Origin: an uncultured Anaerolineales bacterium
Lineage (GTDB): Bacteria > Chloroflexota > Anaerolineae > Anaerolineales > Villigracilaceae
NCBI GenBank assembly: GCA_903884265.1
Contig: CAISEG010000073.1
Location: forward strand, 13,957 to 77,956
Direction of reading: 5' to 3'
Length of the DNA stretch: 64,000 bases
Shown: in pieces, positions 8,955 to 18,754 of the stretch
Position numbering within the stretch: the first letter of the stretch is position 1
How the letters are laid out: every line of letters begins with the position of its first letter
Translations under genes and position numbers: made by a program
The notes under the pieces: model-generated
Seen by the model: the letters and a program-made list of their open reading frames with translations, nothing else
What the model was told of the DNA's origin: nothing
Databases searched by the model: none

Positions 8955-9872
8955 ATGATCCCAGCGCACCAACCTGTACTTTACCAAGAAATTATACACG
9001 CTTTACGCCCGAAAAGAGGAGCACGCTACGTGGATGGAACACTAGGTGCAGGCGGCCATGCGGCCGGTCTGCTCGCCGGAAGTGACCCGGGAGGCCAGCT
9101 ACTCGGCATGGATGTGGACCCCCAGGCACTCGCCCTTGCCCACCTGAAACTCGCTCCCTTCGGGGAGCGCGCATGGTTAAAGAAGGCCCCCTACACCTCT
9201 CTACCCGACCAACTGGTTGAATTGGGGTGGGACTCGGTGGATGGAATCCTGCTCGACTTGGGAGCCTCTTCCATGCAGTTCGACACCCCGGAACGCGGTT
9301 TCTCTTTCTTGGTTGACGGCCCGCTGGACATGCGCTTCGACCCGTCGAACCCGCTCACCGCCGCCCAGATCGTCAACGAGTGGCCTGAGCAGGAATTGGC
9401 AGATATCCTCTTCCGTTACGGAGAAGAGCCCGCCTCCCGGCGCATTGCAAGAGCCATCATCGCCTCCCGGCCCGTGGGCGGGACCCAGCAACTGGCAGCT
9501 GTGGTCGAACGAGTCCAGCACCGACGCGGTCCCCACCACCCGGCCACGCAGACCTTCCAGGCCTTGCGTATCGCAGTAAATGCCGAACTGGAGTCTGTGG
9601 AAAAAATCCTACCAATGGCGGTTCAGGCTCTCGCTCCGGGTGGCAGGCTGGCAGTCATCTCGTTCCACTCACTGGAAGACCGGCTGGTTAAAGAATATTT
9701 CCGCCGGGAAAGCAAGGACTGCATATGTCCGCCTCGCCAACCGATCTGCACTTGCGGGCATAAAGCGAGTATCAAGGAAATATCCCGCCGGCCGATCACT
9801 CCGACGGAGACAGAAATTGACCAGAATTCCCGCGCACGCAGCGCCAAGTTACGTGTTGCTGAGAAATTATAA
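8955..9872 (+). CDS. rsmH: 16S rRNA (cytosine1402-N4)-methyltransferase RsmH
   Basis: HQPVLYQEI, GTLGAGGHA, LDLGASSMQFD and SFHSLEDRLVK. Start taken as the ATG at 8955, 1 nt after the mraZ stop. The ORF-track start at 8817 overlaps mraZ. Confidence 0.95.
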   Translation: MIPAHQPVLYQEIIHALRPKRGARYVDGTLGAGGHAAGLLAGSDPGGQLLGMDVDPQALALAHLKLAPFGERAWLKKAPYTSLPDQLVELGWDSVDGILLDLGASSMQFDTPERGFSFLVDGPLDMRFDPSNPLTAAQIVNEWPEQELADILFRYGEEPASRRIARAIIASRPVGGTQQLAAVVERVQHRRGPHHPATQTFQALRIAVNAELESVEKILPMAVQALAPGGRLAVISFHSLEDRLVKEYFRRESKDCICPPRQPICTCGHKASIKEISRRPITPTETEIDQNSRARSAKLRVAEKL

Positions 9873-9952
9873 GCAAGCCAATGGGTGTTGGCTCAGAACG
9901 GAGGTGCAGCGTCACCTAACACGACTAGAAGATATTCAACGGACAATAGAGA

Positions 9953-10426
9953 ATGAATAATGTTGAGCAAATCGTTCAGAAAGTTCGTCAGGCTCCCTGG
10001 CGGGTGCAACACCAGTGGATTGGCCTGTTTTTGCTTGCCCTGGTGTTGATGGCTATGGTGGCAGGCATTTATCTGAACGTGACAGTCGGAGCCGCGCTGG
10101 CTGGTCGTGAAACAATTTCGCTGGAGGCCAAGATCACCTCGAATTTGCGGACCAACGCTGATTCGGAAACCCAATTAGCCGGGCTGGCCTCCGTTGAAGC
10201 CATGCAGAAGCGTGCTGAAACCATGGGCTTCCAGCCCGCCAGCCCGGAGGATATCACCTACGTGGCAGTCCCGGGGTATGTGGTGCAACAAGGCGTGGAT
10301 ATGTCCACAGAGCATAAAGACCAAGCTGTTGTACCGGTCATTCTCCCCGAATACACTGAATCCTGGTTCGAGTATTTCATGAATCAGCAGGCTTCTTCCG
10401 CCCCTGCCGGAGCTCAGCAACCATGA
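9953..10426 (+). CDS. ftsL: FtsL-like bitopic cell-division protein
   Basis: 157 aa. Single TM helix (WIGLFLLALVLMAMVAGIYL) followed by a coiled-coil-type segment and AMQKRAETMGFQPA, which resembles the FtsL C-terminal LGM motif. It sits in the canonical position between rsmH and ftsI, and its stop overlaps the ftsI ATG (ATGA). Confidence 0.65.
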   Translation: MNNVEQIVQKVRQAPWRVQHQWIGLFLLALVLMAMVAGIYLNVTVGAALAGRETISLEAKITSNLRTNADSETQLAGLASVEAMQKRAETMGFQPASPEDITYVAVPGYVVQQGVDMSTEHKDQAVVPVILPEYTESWFEYFMNQQASSAPAGAQQP

Positions 10427-12159
10427 AGCAACGCCCTCTTGCCTGGCGCTACCTGAGTGTTGCCTTCCTGTTGGCATTGATGGGCATTGCCATCCTCGTG
10501 CAGATCATCCGCATCCAGAACAGCCAGGAAGTGGCAAGCGTCATTGATCAGGGCAATTACGTCTGGAAAGACTTTTACCCGCCACGCGGAGAAATTTACG
10601 ACCGCAATGGCAGCCTGCTCGCCGGGAACCAAACCGTTTTTGAAATTGGCCTGGACATGACCACCCACCCGGATATGCCAACAGTTATTCTGGCGCTCCA
10701 GATGGCGGGTCTGGATATGAATGATATTAATTACAGGATCTCTCAAGCCCCAGCCAATGCCCAATATATTGTTCTGGATGATTTTGTTTCCACCCTTAAA
10801 AAAGACCAACTAGTGGTCCTCCAGAATGCCGCTCACAATGACATGTCCGGGAAAAACCTGGATGCTATTTACTTTAAAGCTCATTACGGACGGAGTTACC
10901 CAGAAAACGATCTGGCTTCCAATGTACTCGGTTTCGTTACGGAAGATAATCATGGCTATCTGGGAATCGAAGAAAAATACGATAACATCCTGGCAGGCAT
11001 CCCCGTCCGGTTGGCAGTCCCCGCCGACCCACGGCGCGCTACCGAATACCCCACCATCCCTCCCGGTCAGACCATCATACTGACCATTGACCGTGAAATT
11101 CAGGCTGCCGTCGAAAACATCCTGGACCAGGCATTAGTGAATACCGGCGCATCCTCCGGAACGATTCTTGTTATGGACCCGCGCACCGGCGAAATCTTGG
11201 CCATGTCTTCGACACCCCGCCTGAACCTGAATGATTACCGGAGCATTTCAACGGTCTTTCCCGGAGAGACTCCATTCAACCGGGCCATCAGCCAGTCTTA
11301 TGAGCCCGGCTCAGTCGCAAAAATCCTGACCATGGCCGGCGCCTTGGATAGCGGAGTCGTCACGCCCGAAACGACCATTTTCGTCCCGGTATCCATCAGG
11401 GTTGGTGGATTTGATATTTACAACTGGGATGGCGGTGCATGGGGTAATCAGGATACGACCGGCTGCCTGGCGCATTCGCTTAACGTCTGCCTGGCATATA
11501 TATCTGACAGGTTGATGGGTAACGCCAGTTTCTACTCGTACCTGCAGCGCTTTGGCCTTGGTCATGCCACTGGCATTGACCTGGCTCAGGAAACATCAGG
11601 ACGTTTGAAACTCCCCGGCGATAGCGACTGGGGTCCTGTAGATCTGGGTACGAATGCCTTCGGCCAGGGTGTCTCTGTAACCCCCATCCAGATGGTAATG
11701 GCTGCATCAGCACTTGCCAATGATGGCAAGATGGTATATCCACACGTGCTGTACGCCAGGATCCAGGATGGCAAACAGGTCAATACCAAAACCCAAATCG
11801 TCGGCACTCCCGTTTCGGCCAATACCGCTCACACTCTCAGCGATATGCTGGCTAATGGATTGGAGATCGAATCTTCCACTGCAATTATTCCCGGTTACCG
11901 CATTGCCGGAAAAACTGGCACAGCGCAAATTCCGATCCCGGGAGGGGGATACGACCAGAGTAACATCAACGCGTCTTTTATTGGTTGGGGACCAGTAGAC
12001 GATCCCCGCTTCATCGTCTACGTCTGGCTCGAAAAACCGCAGAGCAACAAGGCCGCCTCCGTAGTAGCCGCTCCGATTTTTAAAAAGGTCGTCGAGAAAT
12101 TAATTGTCCTGATGGATATCCCACCAGATGCCGTCCGAATGCAGATGGTAGGACGATGA
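10423..12159 (+). CDS. ftsI: class B penicillin-binding protein (FtsI/PBP2-type transpeptidase)
   Basis: N-terminal TM anchor. SxxK (SVAK in YEPGSVAKILT), SxN (SLN) and KTG (AGKTGTA). Confidence 0.9.
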   Translation: MKQRPLAWRYLSVAFLLALMGIAILVQIIRIQNSQEVASVIDQGNYVWKDFYPPRGEIYDRNGSLLAGNQTVFEIGLDMTTHPDMPTVILALQMAGLDMNDINYRISQAPANAQYIVLDDFVSTLKKDQLVVLQNAAHNDMSGKNLDAIYFKAHYGRSYPENDLASNVLGFVTEDNHGYLGIEEKYDNILAGIPVRLAVPADPRRATEYPTIPPGQTIILTIDREIQAAVENILDQALVNTGASSGTILVMDPRTGEILAMSSTPRLNLNDYRSISTVFPGETPFNRAISQSYEPGSVAKILTMAGALDSGVVTPETTIFVPVSIRVGGFDIYNWDGGAWGNQDTTGCLAHSLNVCLAYISDRLMGNASFYSYLQRFGLGHATGIDLAQETSGRLKLPGDSDWGPVDLGTNAFGQGVSVTPIQMVMAASALANDGKMVYPHVLYARIQDGKQVNTKTQIVGTPVSANTAHTLSDMLANGLEIESSTAIIPGYRIAGKTGTAQIPIPGGGYDQSNINASFIGWGPVDDPRFIVYVWLEKPQSNKAASVVAAPIFKKVVEKLIVLMDIPPDAVRMQMVGR

Positions 12160-12165
12160 GGTTTT

Positions 12166-13578
12166 ATGCTAACGCTGGCTGATGCAGTCGAAGCTCTGAC
12201 GAATAACCGCCCGCCGCTCGAATCGGTGATTACCGAAGCAGCGATCGACTCGCGCCAGGTCATCCCCGGCTCGTTATTTGTCGCCATCCCCGGAGAGCGC
12301 GTGGACGGGCACGACTTCGTCGGCGACGCTTTCCAACGCGGGGCTTCTCTTGCATTAATCCAGCATGAAATTTCAGGCTCCTTCCGGACCGTGCGACTGG
12401 CTCCGGGTCAGTTCCCGGATCTGCAGGCCAACCTGGATACACCGCTTTGCCTGCTTGTAGAGAATACGGTTACCGCCCTCCAGCAGATCGCTCATTTCTG
12501 GCGTCGTAAACTGGACTTGCGCGTGATCGGCATCACCGGCAGCGTGGGAAAATCCACCACGAAAGAAGTCGTCGCTGAGGTTCTTGACCAGCGTTACACC
12601 ACATTAAAAAGCCCCGGTAATATGAACAACGAGATCGGCCTGCCCCTTACCATCCTAAAACTTGGAAAGGGCTACGAAAGGGCTGTATTGGAAATGGGAT
12701 TCTACGTCCCCGGAGAAATCGCCTTTCTTTGCGACATCGCCCTTCCAGAAATTGGTGTGGTCACCAACATTGGCACAGTCCACGCTGAACGGGCCGGTTC
12801 ACAGGAAGATATTTTCCGTGGTAAAGCCGAACTGGTAAAAGCCCTCCCTGCCAACGGGGTCGCCATACTCAACCTGGATGACCCATGGGTCCGAAAAATG
12901 GCTGAACTCACCATAGCCAGCGTTTTTTTCTATGGTCTCGACCCTGCAGCCGATCTGTGGGCTGACGAAGTGGAAGGCCTTGGCTTGGAGGGCATCCGCT
13001 TCCGCCTGCATTATCGGCACGAAACCCTGCATGTACGCATCCCCATGATTGGACAGCATTCAGTCCACACGGCATTGCGTGCAGCAGCAGTGGGGCTTGC
13101 AGATGGCCTGACATGGCAGGAAATCATGAACGGCCTGCGGCAGGGGCTTACCCAACTGCGTCTGACAGCCGTTCGCACGGAGAACGGAGCACTGCTGCTC
13201 GACGACACTTATAACGCATCGCCTGAGTCGATGCTTGCGGCGCTCAACCTCCTAGCTGAACTTGGAGGTCACAAGGTGGCGGTGCTGGGGGACATGCTTG
13301 AACTTGGGCAATATGAAAAACAGGGACATGAGATGGTGGGTGTGCGTGCCGCAGAAGTGGCCGATTCGCTGGTCACAGTGGGAAAACGCGGGCACATCAT
13401 CGCCACCGCAGCGCGACGGGCAGGGTTGGCGTCCAAAAAAATCGCTGAATTCGAGAATCACGATGAAGCCATCACCCACCTTCGAAAATCGCTCACCAAG
13501 GAAGACGTGGTCCTGATCAAAGGCTCGCACAGCATTCGCATGGACCACATCGTTACCGCCTTGGAGGTTCCCGAATGA
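12166..13578 (+). CDS. murF: UDP-N-acetylmuramoyl-tripeptide--D-alanyl-D-alanine ligase MurF
   Basis: GITGSVGKSTTKE P-loop, DDTYNASP and GDMLELG, which are signatures of MurF rather than MurE. Confidence 0.9.
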   Translation: MLTLADAVEALTNNRPPLESVITEAAIDSRQVIPGSLFVAIPGERVDGHDFVGDAFQRGASLALIQHEISGSFRTVRLAPGQFPDLQANLDTPLCLLVENTVTALQQIAHFWRRKLDLRVIGITGSVGKSTTKEVVAEVLDQRYTTLKSPGNMNNEIGLPLTILKLGKGYERAVLEMGFYVPGEIAFLCDIALPEIGVVTNIGTVHAERAGSQEDIFRGKAELVKALPANGVAILNLDDPWVRKMAELTIASVFFYGLDPAADLWADEVEGLGLEGIRFRLHYRHETLHVRIPMIGQHSVHTALRAAAVGLADGLTWQEIMNGLRQGLTQLRLTAVRTENGALLLDDTYNASPESMLAALNLLAELGGHKVAVLGDMLELGQYEKQGHEMVGVRAAEVADSLVTVGKRGHIIATAARRAGLASKKIAEFENHDEAITHLRKSLTKEDVVLIKGSHSIRMDHIVTALEVPE

Positions 13579-14567
13579 ATAATTCTGCTCTGGCGCTTAG
13601 CCTGGCTGGGCTGGCCTTCATGATGACTGTCATTTGGGGCGGTCCATTGTTGCGTATCCTGCGCCATTTCAAGGTCGGGAAGATTATCCGCATCGAAGAG
13701 CCGGGAACGCACATGGTCAAGATGGGTACTCCCACCATGGGTGGAGTGATGATCATCCTGCCGGTGGCACTTATCACTGTGATGCTTAACGGAGCCAGCC
13801 TAGTCGGTATGAGGGTACTCGGAAGATCGGTACTGGTCCCACTGGCAGCCATGGTGGGTTATGGCATCCTGGGTTCCCTGGATGATTGGGAAGGGATCCG
13901 CGGTAAGCGTAAGGGCCAGGGAATGCGTATCCGCACCAAACTCATCGCCCAAATCGTGCTTGCGTTGGGCCTGGCAGCTGTGTTGAGATACATCCTGGGT
14001 GTTCCTGATCTTTATATCCCGGGTATCCATTTCGAAATCGAACTGGGCTGGCTATACATTCCGCTTGCCGGTTTCGTGATTGTCGCAATGTCGAATGCGG
14101 TCAATTTTACTGACGGGTTGGATGGGCTGGCTGGGCTGATCGCGGCCACCATTTTCGCCTCATACGGCGGTGTGGCCCTGATGCAGGGACAGGTATTTAT
14201 CGCCCGTTTCTGTTTCACCATGGTCGGTGCATTATTTGGGTTCTTGTGGTTCAACGTCCACCCGGCACAATTAATAATGGGTGATACCGGAGCACTTTCG
14301 CTCGGTGCCACCATCGCTGTCATCGCTCTGATGACCGGTCAATGGGCTGTTTTACCCATCATCGCCGTCATCCCGGTCAGCGAGGCGCTGAGTGACGTGA
14401 TCCAGATCGTCTATTTCAAGGCCACCCACGGACGGCGGTTCTTCAAAATGGCACCGCTCCATTTGCATTTTGAACTACTTGGCTGGTCAGAGATGCAGAT
14501 CGTTCAACGTTTTTGGCTGATCGGCCTGCTGGGTGCCATGCTGGGTGTTGGATTGGTACTGGTGTAA
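13575..14567 (+). CDS. mraY: phospho-N-acetylmuramoyl-pentapeptide transferase MraY
   Basis: KxGTPTMGG, NAVNFTDGLDGLA and APLHLHFE. The ATG overlaps the murF stop (ATGA). Confidence 0.95.
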   Translation: MNNSALALSLAGLAFMMTVIWGGPLLRILRHFKVGKIIRIEEPGTHMVKMGTPTMGGVMIILPVALITVMLNGASLVGMRVLGRSVLVPLAAMVGYGILGSLDDWEGIRGKRKGQGMRIRTKLIAQIVLALGLAAVLRYILGVPDLYIPGIHFEIELGWLYIPLAGFVIVAMSNAVNFTDGLDGLAGLIAATIFASYGGVALMQGQVFIARFCFTMVGALFGFLWFNVHPAQLIMGDTGALSLGATIAVIALMTGQWAVLPIIAVIPVSEALSDVIQIVYFKATHGRRFFKMAPLHLHFELLGWSEMQIVQRFWLIGLLGAMLGVGLVLV

Positions 14568-14571
14568 AGGC

Positions 14572-15948
14572 ATGAAAACGGACTGGAACGGCAGAAGTGT
14601 AACCATTATCGGAGGCGCACGGCAGGGACAGGCGGCAGCGCGCTGGCTGGCGGGTCACGGCGCCCGCGTAACCGTGAACGACCGCCGCACTGCCGAGCAG
14701 ATGGCTGCCGCTCGTTCCGCGCTGTCCGATACGCCCGTAACCTGGGTGCTGGGCAGCCATCCGGTTGAGATTCTTGATACGACAGATATTGTCTGCCTCT
14801 CCGGCGGTGTGCCACTCGATAACCCCATCGTCGTTGAGGCCGTCCGGCGCGGTATCCCGTTAACCAACGATACGCAGATTTTCATGGAAATAGTCCCCTG
14901 CCGGACAGTTGGGATTACCGGTTCTGCAGGGAAGACAACCACCACCACGCTGGTCGGACAGATGGCAAAAATCGCCTTCGGTGACAAGGCACACGTCGGC
15001 GGTAACACCGGCGACCCACTGCTTAATCACGCAGACGAGATGAAACCAGACGATCTGGCTGTTTTGGAAATTTCCAGTTTCCAGTTGGAGCAGATGTCCC
15101 TTTCACCGAATGTTGCGGTGGTCTTGAATATCACACCCAATCACCTCGACCGGCATGGCACTATGGAAGCCTATACCGGTGCTAAAGAGCGCATCTTGAA
15201 TTTCCAGGCAACTGGCGACACAGCCGTTTTATGCCGGGAAGATCCAGGTTCCTGGAATTTGCGCAGCAAGGTGAACGGCCGATTTATTTCTTTTGGTTTT
15301 GGGAACATTCCAGGCGAACAGGATGGGAGTTTCCTGGCAGACGGCATCCTACACTTGCGCGAACGCGGTGTGGAGATCCCCCTGCTCCGTCGCAACCAGA
15401 TCCAACTGCGCGGCGACCACAACGTGATGAATGCGCTGGCGGCCTTTGCCATCGGTTACGCTGCAGGACTCCCGCTGGACGCCATGCTGGAAGCCGCCGA
15501 GGATTTCCGCGGAGTGGCCCACCGGCTGGAATTAGTACAAGAATGGAATGGAGCCAAATGGTATAACGACTCCATCGCCACTGCCCCCGAACGGACGATA
15601 GCTGCCATCCGTTCCTTTACCGAACCAATCATTCTACTGCTGGGCGGGCGGGATAAAAACCTGCCCTGGGAAGAACTGGCAGCCCTGGTGCATGAACGTG
15701 TGGAGCGCGTAATTCTCTTCGGTGAGGCGGCGGAGAAAATCGCCCCGGTTCTGGAACAAGCCCACGGTCCGATCCAGAAAACAGTGGATCGCTGCAAGGG
15801 CCTGCAAGAGGCCGTTCAGGTTGCAGCCCATGTGGCCGAGCCTGGCGATGTTGTCCTGCTGTCACCGGGCGGCACCAGCTTTGACCAATTCCGTGACTTC
15901 GAAGAACGTGGAGAGGCTTTTCGAAAATGGGTATCGGAACTTTCGTAA
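14572..15948 (+). CDS. murD: UDP-N-acetylmuramoylalanine--D-glutamate ligase MurD
   Basis: N-terminal Rossmann segment VTIIGGARQG and P-loop GITGSAGKTTTT. Start taken as the ATG at 14572 (MKTDWNG), 4 nt after the mraY stop. Confidence 0.9.
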   Translation: MKTDWNGRSVTIIGGARQGQAAARWLAGHGARVTVNDRRTAEQMAAARSALSDTPVTWVLGSHPVEILDTTDIVCLSGGVPLDNPIVVEAVRRGIPLTNDTQIFMEIVPCRTVGITGSAGKTTTTTLVGQMAKIAFGDKAHVGGNTGDPLLNHADEMKPDDLAVLEISSFQLEQMSLSPNVAVVLNITPNHLDRHGTMEAYTGAKERILNFQATGDTAVLCREDPGSWNLRSKVNGRFISFGFGNIPGEQDGSFLADGILHLRERGVEIPLLRRNQIQLRGDHNVMNALAAFAIGYAAGLPLDAMLEAAEDFRGVAHRLELVQEWNGAKWYNDSIATAPERTIAAIRSFTEPIILLLGGRDKNLPWEELAALVHERVERVILFGEAAEKIAPVLEQAHGPIQKTVDRCKGLQEAVQVAAHVAEPGDVVLLSPGGTSFDQFRDFEERGEAFRKWVSELS

Positions 15949-17207
15949 AACAATCTGCCCGATCTGCTGCGGCACCTGCCCGTCGCAACCGCGCTTCCAG
16001 TGGTGACTTGATCCTTGTGGCAGTCACCATAGCCCTGGCAGTATTTGGCTTGCTGATGCTGTATTCAGCCAGTCCCGATTTTTCCCTGTGGACTTACGGA
16101 TCAGCTTATTATATTTTCGAAAAGCAGTTGTTGTGGATGGGCATTGGGACACTGGCTGCATTCGTCCTCTCCCGCGTTGATTACCATATCTGGCGGAAGC
16201 TTTCTGTACCGTTGATGGGCCTGACGGTTTTTGGTTTGATTGCCGTTTTGATCATCAACGATGTCCGCAATAACGCAGTTCGTACAGTCTCTGGCGGCTC
16301 GGTCCAGCCTTCTGAATTGGCTAAGTTGGCAACCATTATCTATTTATCGGTCTGGTTGTACAGTAAACGCGAGCATTTGCACGATATCCACCTGGGATTG
16401 ATCCCGCTGGCTTTGATCCTGGGTGGGATTGGTGGTCTGATCTTCCTCCAGCCCGACCTGAGCGCAGCGGTGACCATATTCATCCTGGGCGGGCTGTTGT
16501 TCTACCTTGCCGACGGGGAAATGCGTCAGATCATCCTGTTCTGCGCCGTGGCGCTGGCAGCCGGATGGCTGGTGGTGCAGTTCAGTTCCACCGGTAAATC
16601 GCGCATCAGCTCATACACAGCTGGATTGCAAGACCCTTTGAAATCCAGCAGCCATGTTCTTTGGTCTTTGGAATCAATTTACAAAGGCAAATTATTTGGC
16701 GTAGGGATAGGTCGGGCAACAACAAAATTAATCGGTCTTCCATTTGCAGCCACCGACAGCGTTTTCGCAGTTATCGTCGAAGAACTGGGCTTGTTCGGTG
16801 CGTTCGGGTTAGCCAGCCTGTATGCCGTCCTGGCGTGGCGCGGTCTGAAGATCGCCGGTCGGGCCCCCGATTCACTCGGCTCCATGCTGGCCGCCGGGTT
16901 GACCTTCTGGATCGTCATCGAAGCCATCATCAATATGGCTGTCATGGTGGGCTTGCTGCCTTTTGCTGGCAATACCCTGCCTTTTGTCAGCGCAGGTGGC
17001 TCGAACCTGATTTCAACGCTGGCAGCCATTGGCATTCTTCTCAATATCTCCCGTCAATCCGGAAAGACCGCCCCGCTCCGTGCTGGGACTGGGTCTACCC
17101 CGGGAAGCAGAGAAAGGAAAACATACAGTGCGTCTGTTGATTTGCGCCGGCGGGACCGGCGGCGGAGTGTATCCCGCACTCGCCGTCCTGCAAACCATGC
17201 AAAATAA
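15927..17207 (+). CDS. ftsW: SEDS-family FtsW (peptidoglycan glycosyltransferase/lipid II-associated)
   Basis: 10-TM SEDS protein with QPSELAKL, GLPFAATDSVFAVIVEELG and LPFVSAGGSNL. The Arg-rich C-terminal tail overlaps murG. Confidence 0.9.
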   Translation: MGIGTFVKQSARSAAAPARRNRASSGDLILVAVTIALAVFGLLMLYSASPDFSLWTYGSAYYIFEKQLLWMGIGTLAAFVLSRVDYHIWRKLSVPLMGLTVFGLIAVLIINDVRNNAVRTVSGGSVQPSELAKLATIIYLSVWLYSKREHLHDIHLGLIPLALILGGIGGLIFLQPDLSAAVTIFILGGLLFYLADGEMRQIILFCAVALAAGWLVVQFSSTGKSRISSYTAGLQDPLKSSSHVLWSLESIYKGKLFGVGIGRATTKLIGLPFAATDSVFAVIVEELGLFGAFGLASLYAVLAWRGLKIAGRAPDSLGSMLAAGLTFWIVIEAIINMAVMVGLLPFAGNTLPFVSAGGSNLISTLAAIGILLNISRQSGKTAPLRAGTGSTPGSRERKTYSASVDLRRRDRRRSVSRTRRPANHAK

Positions 17208-18216
17208 AGCCGAGGTTCTCTGGGTGGGTGGAGAAGGCGGCATGGAAGCCCGGTTGGTAGAGCGGGCCAATGTGTCGTTTAAGACCATCCCGGCTGCCGG
17301 AATCCACGGTGTGGGCCTGAAAACGTTACCCGGTAATGTGCTCAGGCTCGTGCGTGGTTTCTTTGCGGCGCGGCGCATCCTTCACGATTTTAAACCAGAC
17401 GTGATGTTCTTCACCGGTGGGTACGTAGCTGTCCCAATGGCGCTGGCCGGAATGAGAATCCCAACCGTCCTCTACATCCCCGACATTGAACCGGGATTGG
17501 CACTCAAGACCCTGGCCCTCTTCGCCGACAAGATTACCGTCACCGCCCAGGACTCATTCCGCTATTTCAACCACCAGGAGCGTCTTGTTTTGACCGGTTA
17601 CCCGACCCGTGCCAAGCTTGCGAAGTGGACGCGTTCTAATGCCCGCCAGACCCTGAGCCTGACCGACGAAGCTCCCGTCCTGCTGATCTATGGCGGGAGC
17701 AAGGGAGCACGCTCAATCAACGCTGCCGTGCTGGCAAACCTTTCCCCCCTGCTGGAACGCGCCCAAGTCATCCATATCACCGGTGAATTGGACTGGTCGA
17801 CCGTAGATGCGAGAGCGAAAGACCTCAACAAGACCCAGGCTGCCCGTTACCACGCCTTCCCATATCTGGATGAGGAAATGGGCGCTGCCCTGGCCGCGGC
17901 TGACCTGGCACTCTCACGTGCTGGGGCCTCCACTCTGGGCGAATACCCACTTTTCGGCCTGCCAGCCATTCTAGTGCCCTATCCATACTCGTGGCGCTAC
18001 CAGAAAGTGAACGCCGACACCCTCGTCCGCCAAGGGGCGGCAGTTTTACTTGAAGATGGTAAGTTATCCGACCAGCTCCTGCCAACCGTGGACAATTTAC
18101 TCAGTCAGCCTCAGAAAATGGCTTCCATGCGCGCCGCCATGCAGCGCCTTTCCCACCCTGAGGCTGCTGCAGAGATCAACCGCCAATTATTCGCTCTTTG
18201 CCAGGAGAGGAACTGA
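17128..18216 (+). CDS. murG: UDP-GlcNAc:lipid I N-acetylglucosaminyltransferase MurG
   Basis: LICAGGTGGGVYPALAV and IYGGSKGARSIN. Start proposed at the GTG at 17128, 9 nt after AAAGGA. The ORF-track TTG at 17029 would add a non-conserved 33-aa extension. Confidence 0.85.
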   Translation: MRLLICAGGTGGGVYPALAVLQTMQNKAEVLWVGGEGGMEARLVERANVSFKTIPAAGIHGVGLKTLPGNVLRLVRGFFAARRILHDFKPDVMFFTGGYVAVPMALAGMRIPTVLYIPDIEPGLALKTLALFADKITVTAQDSFRYFNHQERLVLTGYPTRAKLAKWTRSNARQTLSLTDEAPVLLIYGGSKGARSINAAVLANLSPLLERAQVIHITGELDWSTVDARAKDLNKTQAARYHAFPYLDEEMGAALAAADLALSRAGASTLGEYPLFGLPAILVPYPYSWRYQKVNADTLVRQGAAVLLEDGKLSDQLLPTVDNLLSQPQKMASMRAAMQRLSHPEAAAEINRQLFALCQERN

Positions 18217-18220
18217 GACC

Positions 18221-18751
18221 ATGATAAGCCTGACTTTCGTCTTCTGGATGTATGTGGTCCTGTTCGCAATCATCGGTGGCATGCGCGGTTGGGCCAAGGA
18301 AATAGTGGTCTCCTTCAGCGTTATCCTGGCACTTACTTTCACCACACTGCTTTCGAATTACGTCCCATTTATTCGCGACGTACTTCAAAAAGACAGCAAG
18401 GTACTTTACTTTTGGCTGCGCTCAATCATTCTGGGCCTCCTGGTTTTCTTTGGTTACCAGACACCCAACATATCCCGATTTGCGCCCAAAATGAACCGCG
18501 AGAAACTCCAGGATGTAATTCTGGGAGTTGTCATCGGTGCTTTGAACGGATATTTGATCGCCGGAACGATCTGGTTCTACCTGGCGAATGCCGGTTACCC
18601 GTTTACCAACTTCATTACCGCTCCTACAGGAGACCTCGCCAAGGTGGCTGAGGCCATGCTCCATTATATGCCACCCCAACTGCTTGGCATCCCCGGCATT
18701 TACTTTGCTGTCGTGGTTGCATTTATGTTCGTGATTGTGGTGTTCATCTAA
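18221..18751 (+). CDS. CvpA-family small membrane protein inserted in the dcw cluster
   Basis: 176 aa from the ATG at 18221 (GGAGAGG SD). Four TM helices. The N-terminus MISLTFVFWMYVVLFAIIGGMRGWAKEIVVSF resembles CvpA (colicin V production) proteins. Confidence 0.55.
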   Translation: MISLTFVFWMYVVLFAIIGGMRGWAKEIVVSFSVILALTFTTLLSNYVPFIRDVLQKDSKVLYFWLRSIILGLLVFFGYQTPNISRFAPKMNREKLQDVILGVVIGALNGYLIAGTIWFYLANAGYPFTNFITAPTGDLAKVAEAMLHYMPPQLLGIPGIYFAVVVAFMFVIVVFI

Positions 18752-18754
18752 AAT

